64,000 bases of DNA from Amoebophrya sp. A120 (taxonomy: Eukaryota; Protista; Dinoflagellata): the NCBI GenBank assembly GCA_905178155.1, contig CAJINV010000017.1, positions 488,722 through 552,721 of the forward strand. Direction: 5' to 3'. A program made the translations under genes and the position numbers. The notes below the pieces were generated by a model, which saw nothing but the letters and a program-made list of their open reading frames with translations, did not search any database and was not told the origin of the DNA. How positions within the stretch are numbered: the first letter of the stretch is position 1; each line of letters opens with the position of its first letter. Shown piece after piece: positions 58,999-64,000 of the stretch.

Positions 58999-61900
58999 GC
59001 ACCCTCGTGTTTTCGAATTTTGTCGCACTTCTTGGTGTTGGGTTTTTGATTATGACCTTGTTTCTGTACTTGATGATGAACATCTCCTTGTTGCTGATTT
59101 TGGACTACCTTCCCATCGTTCTGGAATTGCTGCTGACTTTACTGCCCACACGTGCCGCGCGGTTGTTCTCGGCACCTGCAGCTTGTCCCTACGAATTGTT
59201 ATTGACCCTGATGCTGTACGTGTTGTTAAATTTCTGGACTTCGACAATCACGTTCCGCGATAAGACGGGCGCACTCGGCAGAACTTGGAGATGGTGGACA
59301 AAGAGCCGCCGGAAGCCTGGAGAGGAAGACTGTGAAACGAGGACAAAGTGCCTCGGCGTTTTCCCTGTCGAATGTGTTGGCTTCGATTCGATTTCAAGAT
59401 CTGCGAAAAACTTTGACTTACTGCTGGTTGGATTTTGGAAAGGACTTGTACTCTCTGTGCGCTCAACTCTGCGAACTGCAACCTGTCGGAAAAAGAAGAA
59501 GCGGCGTTTTGCCGCCGCTGGCTCGGTCTCATTGCGTGTTCTCCGCTCTGTCTTTTTGCTCTTCGAAGCTCTACCTGTTGCCTTTGCTGGGGGGCAGGGT
59601 GAGGATGACTCGTGTTTCAAAATCGCGAAGTACCGCCTCCGCAATACCGCGGAACGGGTTGGCCGTGCGGACGAGTATGCGGCGCTTGTTCGCCCATCCT
59701 ACTACCAGACGGTCGCGAAAGCTGCGGCGGAACGGAAGGCGGAGAAAGCTCGACGCGGCGAAGCCGCAACCGGTGGCGCGGAAACCGGCGGCACTGGGAA
59801 ACCGAATGGGGCGACATCATCTTCAGCTTCATCATCATCGTCTTCGGCATCGTCGTCATCTTCTTCTTCATCTAGCTCATCAGCACTTCCTTCCTCACGT
59901 CAGATTCCGACTGCTGCTGCGGCCTGCGACTACACCTGCTTCAACCGGGGCCCATGTGAGTACGGGGCTTTCTCCTCTTCGCGGTCCTACACGAGCAAGG
60001 TCATCACGATCACAACCCAGAACTGTCGCGAGGCCCTGATTGGAGGGAAAGCCCGCGACAAGATCCTCCGTTGCGCCCCGAAGAACACCGACAAATACGA
60101 AATTTTGGCGCTGACCGAATGCCGCTGGGGGAAGAGCGGCACGGGGCTACAGGGGGTGAGGCGGATAAATGGCGAAGTCGTGGGCGAGGTCGCTCCCGAC
60201 CTTGACAGCGACTCCGATTGTGGCGGACCACAGCCATTAGAGACTTCCGATTTTCTGTGTCGTGGCTCGGGCTTTATCTCGGTGTTAGGACCAGGCGCGG
60301 GTATAGTTTTGCGGGGTGGACCGATATACCAGGAGCTTGCGAAGCTCAGCGACCCGGACCTTGCGGCTCATTTTGTTGTACGCGAGCGCGTCGTAGTTGG
60401 ACTGTTTCGGGGCTTCACGCTTTTCTCGGTATACGCGCCAGCCTCTGGGGATAAATACGCAGTTGCCCGATTTTTCCGCGATTTGAACCGTTTTGGGCAG
60501 GAGTTGTTGCGGAAAACCGGTCGGCGGGACCTTCCCTACTTCTACGCTGGGGATTTCAATGCGCATGTCGGCAGCGACCAGTCCGGATTTGCGATCGGGG
60601 AGTTTGCCTCCTCCAAGGCTTCTAGTCCCAAAGGGGTGCAGCTGGCGCGGACTCTGGCTGCGGGGAACTTGCGGCTGGCCGACACCTTCTTCGACTTTGC
60701 CACCCAGGACTCGCGTGCAACTTTTCTGCGACGGGGCTGCGATCCAACGGAAATTGACGGGTTTGTAACGGCCGGAAGGTGGTTGGGACGGGTCTCGAGT
60801 GTCGAGCTTTGTCGCGAGCTGCGGGACGTTGTGGTGGGGAAGGAGGAGGCTGACGGCGATTATGTACTGGACCATTACGGTAAGACGCTGCGTTTCACGT
60901 GCACGCAGCCTCCACCAGAAGATGCTCCAGACGACGACAAGCGGACGGCCTTCAACTACGTGGGAGTGGTGCCCTTGACCCCGGACGTCTGTGCTTCCTT
61001 CTCGTCGAATGTGTCGGAAGTTCTTGGTGAAACTTTGCGGAAACCGGATCGGAGCTCGCCAAAGCCAACACTTCAGGAGGTTTTATCTGCTATCACGGCG
61101 AGTGAGCATCTTGTACTCGAAACCGGACCAGAGCGGCTTTTACGACAACAGGCATGCGAGAAGCACAAGAAGAAGGCTGCTGCCGAGTTGCCGCCCGTCC
61201 TCGCCGCGGACCCTAGCAAGCCCGCTAAAGTTCAGGCGGTTTGGAAGCACCTCGGCATTGCAAAGCGGCGGAAGGGGAACAGCACGGCGCCGACGGGATG
61301 GGCGAAGCACTATCTCGAGAACGTTATCCGAAAAGAAAGCAGTTCGTCGACTTTCCCTGCTGCGGATTTTGTCGAACATGTTACGGCGGCCAGTGTTGCA
61401 AGCCTCGACGCCCCGATCACAGTGGTGGAGTGGAAGCAGGCGGTGAAAGACGTGAAGGCCGGCAATGACGTACAGGTTTGGTCCAAGGAAATTTTTTCTG
61501 CACTGGATGACGCGACGACGCAGGTCCTCTTGGACGCGATCGAGGGCGACTTGCGACGGGGTGTGGGGTTGCGGGAAATTGACGAGAAATACAGGACAAC
61601 AAAAATCTCTTTGCTCCACAAAAGCGGAAGTAGGGAGGATTTGAATAATTTCCGTGGAATTAGCGGGGTGCCTACCCTCTCCAAGATTCTTGCTCATCTC
61701 TTCACGAAGCGGCTGCAGGACGTTTTGATCCGCGAGAATCTGTACGACGAGGAAAACTACGGGTTTGTGTTTGGTCGAAATGCTTCGGATGCGCTTGTGC
61801 TAGTTCGGCGCCTTGTCGAGTGCAGCCGGGATTATTCCGACTTCGAACAATTCCAGGATGTATGGGCCGCTTTTATCGATTTGAGGAAAGCTTTTCCATC

Positions 61901-63815
61901 GTTGTGTTGGAATGTTACAACGGAAATCGTGGAGCATATGGGGATAGCCTCTACCCTCGGGTGGAGAGCTCTCGCCGCTTGTCACCGTGACATCAAGTGC
62001 CGTGAAGAGCGCGAGCGGGTGAGTTTTGACTTACCATTAGGATTGCAGGAGGGCTGTCCGTCCAGTCCTTGCATCTTCGTCATGGTGTTCAGCGTGATCG
62101 GCCGGGCACTACGCCAGGCGCGTGCCTTGCTTCCTTCGCCGGGAGGTAACGTAGACCGCAGAGGGGTGCAGCTTCGCTGCGCCACGGGCACGCACGTAGC
62201 AACCGAAAAAGAGAAATTGGAGGTCTTGCTGCGGCCGTCCCAGCAGGCTTCGGTCTCCACGTCGCGCGTGGGTTCCACGAAGTTTGCGGACGACTCAAAT
62301 TTTTGGGGAGAGTCGAAAAACGGAACACCAGACTCGCACGTTCTGGATGCCACGCTGCGTGTCCTGGCTTCGGCCAGGATGGAGGAGAATTTGAAGAAGC
62401 GGGTAGTGGGCAAATTGGCAGACGTAGTGGTGAAGTTTTTAGGCATTTGGCTGTCAGACGAAAAAGACACCTCCGAGCGGATAAACCGTGCCTGGAAGGC
62501 ATTCCACGGGGCGCAGCGGCTTCTCGTCGGTTTTGGGGAGCTAAACAGGACACACCGGCGTGCCATCGTCGTGGCGCTTGTGCGGGGGACTATGCTTTAC
62601 GGTGCAAATGGTCGCTCGTTCTCGTCGAAAGAGCTCGAGGAACTGAACACCGCCGAAAGCAGTATTTTGCGCCGCCTTTTCAACACCTCGATGCGGCAGA
62701 TGGATGCGGCGCAGATTTCCCATGCTGATCTTCGTTGTCACCTCGAGATACCGCCTCTGGCTGTGGAGATCGCCTATTCAAGGCTGTCGCACGGGGGCCA
62801 CCTTCTTCGTCGGGGCCAGTCCTATCCGCCGCGGCAGGCCTTTCTTGGTCGCTTTGTTATCAGCGCCGCCGATCCTGCGATCACACCGGAATCGAAGCCG
62901 GAATTTTTCCTGCTGCCGCCAAGCTCTTCCCGCGTGCCGTCTGTCTACGAATCCTTCGTCGATGCATGTGCGTCGGCGAAGATCCCGGTCTCGGATTTTT
63001 CTTCCTACCTGGGGCAGGACTCCAGGAGAGAGTGGTACGTGAGGACGAGATCTTGGCACATTGATGCCACGATGCAGCATTGGTTTTTTCCGTCCTGGTC
63101 CTCGGCCACTTCTGACGAACGTGTTGCTGCTGCATTTGACAAGCTGCTGAAGAAGTACGGAATCACGGACCAGGAGTACGACGCTGCGTATGGTGATCGG
63201 CCGCGGGTGGCGAAGAAGCGAGCGGTCTTGAAGGCCACTCGCAGTCTGGCTGATTTACGGTCGCGGCAGATTGCCCTCGATGGGTCGATCACGGATAACC
63301 AGACGCAGGAGCTTGTTGCTTCTTCCGCTGGCGTTTACACTACTGCAAGAGGCGACGTCGGGGCCGTGCACTGTGAGGAGTGCAGTTGCGACCTGAAGGG
63401 GAGTAGACGGGCGCTCCGAGCACATTTGCGACTACACCAGCAGGACGAGTTTGTGCGACTTGTCCAGGAGCAGGATGGTGCGACTTGCACTCCGGTCGAA
63501 GAATTTATCTACGGGAGGTCGGGGCAGTCCATCATTCCACCGGCGTACAAGCAGACCGCGCGTGCTGTGTTGCCGCCTCGACGTTTTCTACCTGACGGGG
63601 CCGACAAATGGACTACTAGACAACTTACCTGCCCGTGCTGCTCGGTCCACGCCATTGATTGGCCCAGCTCCTTTCAGAAGAAGGTCGGTGCTGCGAGTCG
63701 TATAAAAACGCACGAGCGGAAGTGCGCCAACTCCAAGAAACTCGACCTTACGGCTGACCTCGATCCTATTCCGGAGTGTGCCGACGTTGAGCGACGAGGC
63801 GATGATGAGAAATGA
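57156..63815 (+). CDS. Single polyprotein (2219 aa from first ATG): CSD/OB-like, coiled coil, hydrophobic segments, APE, RT, Zn fingers
   Basis: APE: ITTQNCR, LALTECR, SVYAP, AGDFNAHVG, EIDGF, LDH. RT: LLHKSG, NYGF, DLRKAFPSL, GLQEGCPSSP, FADD (62283-62294). CEEC...HLRLH and CPCC...HERKC. Confidence 0.93.
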   Translation: MSGGEGMDTSSHGEECNTAVAPMEGTGDDLTPEEQPTASMVQPDKRAASSAGNFSFDAFKHGKLQGNFATNGPTDSSMFKSDGFQGLKKPYSTTLDLDHCMPLEMKLEPGGYVVGQVLNLGKCSKTGNRTDGYFFVQPIGYTSIGDWVATKNEYGNYKGIYTTFNSTREQKPGLYQKGTYCRFIIDIYTRGWIAKDLHVIPSPNSPYHMRLQAGEILPPSGYTSQPTPAPWAASAKTTENPLTGDIIEHFPALEQRATSSSSTTSFANKTTTTGITEEQVRRIVALEVVKVTDVKNKEIAELKGRFEQLDRELTTVADNSVSHLCIHRDDIDDLYDRVGRAEDVLCTQQDVIESHGSRITAQEEKLDKCEKHIYTKLSKSVKALVDDIDEVLHRSASSSSSSPSVELQLAPERQELIRITPPDPSFVRVSARRALCGQRGHAQQARAMMLQQEVDVSVGPQYFPLSFNIDTSDFSPDAAADDGREANERKGPDSTSTDGAGTVIEDCSAGHGDGCSGLGGTDVAQCRVGKSACFRGRCIAERNGAAQTTRAGRDFGFSRDTGRAKTGEGGGSARSRRRGGGGPGVAHDQEQEDQDGQQTSGAPASCCWEYGRRLSTLVFSNFVALLGVGFLIMTLFLYLMMNISLLLILDYLPIVLELLLTLLPTRAARLFSAPAACPYELLLTLMLYVLLNFWTSTITFRDKTGALGRTWRWWTKSRRKPGEEDCETRTKCLGVFPVECVGFDSISRSAKNFDLLLVGFWKGLVLSVRSTLRTATCRKKKKRRFAAAGSVSLRVLRSVFLLFEALPVAFAGGQGEDDSCFKIAKYRLRNTAERVGRADEYAALVRPSYYQTVAKAAAERKAEKARRGEAATGGAETGGTGKPNGATSSSASSSSSSASSSSSSSSSSSALPSSRQIPTAAAACDYTCFNRGPCEYGAFSSSRSYTSKVITITTQNCREALIGGKARDKILRCAPKNTDKYEILALTECRWGKSGTGLQGVRRINGEVVGEVAPDLDSDSDCGGPQPLETSDFLCRGSGFISVLGPGAGIVLRGGPIYQELAKLSDPDLAAHFVVRERVVVGLFRGFTLFSVYAPASGDKYAVARFFRDLNRFGQELLRKTGRRDLPYFYAGDFNAHVGSDQSGFAIGEFASSKASSPKGVQLARTLAAGNLRLADTFFDFATQDSRATFLRRGCDPTEIDGFVTAGRWLGRVSSVELCRELRDVVVGKEEADGDYVLDHYGKTLRFTCTQPPPEDAPDDDKRTAFNYVGVVPLTPDVCASFSSNVSEVLGETLRKPDRSSPKPTLQEVLSAITASEHLVLETGPERLLRQQACEKHKKKAAAELPPVLAADPSKPAKVQAVWKHLGIAKRRKGNSTAPTGWAKHYLENVIRKESSSSTFPAADFVEHVTAASVASLDAPITVVEWKQAVKDVKAGNDVQVWSKEIFSALDDATTQVLLDAIEGDLRRGVGLREIDEKYRTTKISLLHKSGSREDLNNFRGISGVPTLSKILAHLFTKRLQDVLIRENLYDEENYGFVFGRNASDALVLVRRLVECSRDYSDFEQFQDVWAAFIDLRKAFPSLCWNVTTEIVEHMGIASTLGWRALAACHRDIKCREERERVSFDLPLGLQEGCPSSPCIFVMVFSVIGRALRQARALLPSPGGNVDRRGVQLRCATGTHVATEKEKLEVLLRPSQQASVSTSRVGSTKFADDSNFWGESKNGTPDSHVLDATLRVLASARMEENLKKRVVGKLADVVVKFLGIWLSDEKDTSERINRAWKAFHGAQRLLVGFGELNRTHRRAIVVALVRGTMLYGANGRSFSSKELEELNTAESSILRRLFNTSMRQMDAAQISHADLRCHLEIPPLAVEIAYSRLSHGGHLLRRGQSYPPRQAFLGRFVISAADPAITPESKPEFFLLPPSSSRVPSVYESFVDACASAKIPVSDFSSYLGQDSRREWYVRTRSWHIDATMQHWFFPSWSSATSDERVAAAFDKLLKKYGITDQEYDAAYGDRPRVAKKRAVLKATRSLADLRSRQIALDGSITDNQTQELVASSAGVYTTARGDVGAVHCEECSCDLKGSRRALRAHLRLHQQDEFVRLVQEQDGATCTPVEEFIYGRSGQSIIPPAYKQTARAVLPPRRFLPDGADKWTTRQLTCPCCSVHAIDWPSSFQKKVGAASRIKTHERKCANSKKLDLTADLDPIPECADVERRGDDEK

Positions 63816-64000
63816 TGAATGGCGTTGCTATTCGATCTCGACCACAGCATTCTGCACTACCCATTTTTCGAATGCTGCGCTAAACGATAACGAGGACACG
63901 TCCCAAAACCCCTAGCAATCCTCCCCTATGCTAGCAAGATGATGATGATGATTTGTGCATGAAAGAAAAGGACTGACCACATTTTGAGCAGAGCGGACAC

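Larger units (their letters stand above)
57054..63952 (+). mobile_element. Non-LTR retrotransposon 2 (APE-RT type), apparently intact; 5' boundary uncertain
   Basis: Uninterrupted 6.76-kb ORF, 3' UTR with hairpins, (GAT)5 at 63938-63952. No TSD recognised. Confidence 0.9.

Noticed and set aside
39547-60000. 2A-like ribosome-skipping peptide before APE in either retroelement
   Set aside because: No DxExNPGP. NRGP, FGP and NQPGG do not meet the consensus.
1-64000. CRISPR arrays, rRNA, tRNA, LTRs, an autonomous DNA transposase, prokaryotic retron or group II intron RT
   Set aside because: None recognisable by eye. Both RTs are fused to APE, which marks them as non-LTR retrotransposons.

Overview
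Eukaryotic, gene-dense, intron-rich DNA. All supportable genes lie on the + strand. Short introns (about 110-280 nt), several non-canonical and built from inverted-repeat elements, best fit a syndinian dinoflagellate such as Amoebophrya; the taxon is my inference. Host genes, hand-spliced: a dynamin-like GTPase (5'-partial), NAA10, a TerC-family membrane protein, a SURP-domain protein, a cold-shock protein, a branched-chain aminotransferase, a BAHD-like acyltransferase, a DnaJ protein, a kinesin, a ubiquitin-like protein and four hypotheticals. Two mobile-element systems stand out. (1) Two related APE-RT non-LTR retrotransposons (about 38.2-46.45 kb and 57.0-63.95 kb). The second is a single polyprotein of about 2,220 aa: cold-shock/OB-like domain, coiled coil, membrane-like segments, APE, RT, Zn fingers. 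It contains a candidate 259-nt GT-AG intron. Splicing it would give a 527-aa ORF1p; only the intron-retaining RNA would encode RT. The first element has a parallel candidate intron plus a TAATG/-1 overlap at its ORF1/ORF2 junction. (2) MITE-like introners with TAT...ATA termini, 5-bp target-site duplications (TSDs) and a shared GCATGACA-type internal motif. They sit in exons in either orientation. Their geometry predicts frame-preserving NT...AN splice sites, giving GT-AG when the TSD is GnnnG. All splice models come from reading frames alone and need RNA evidence.
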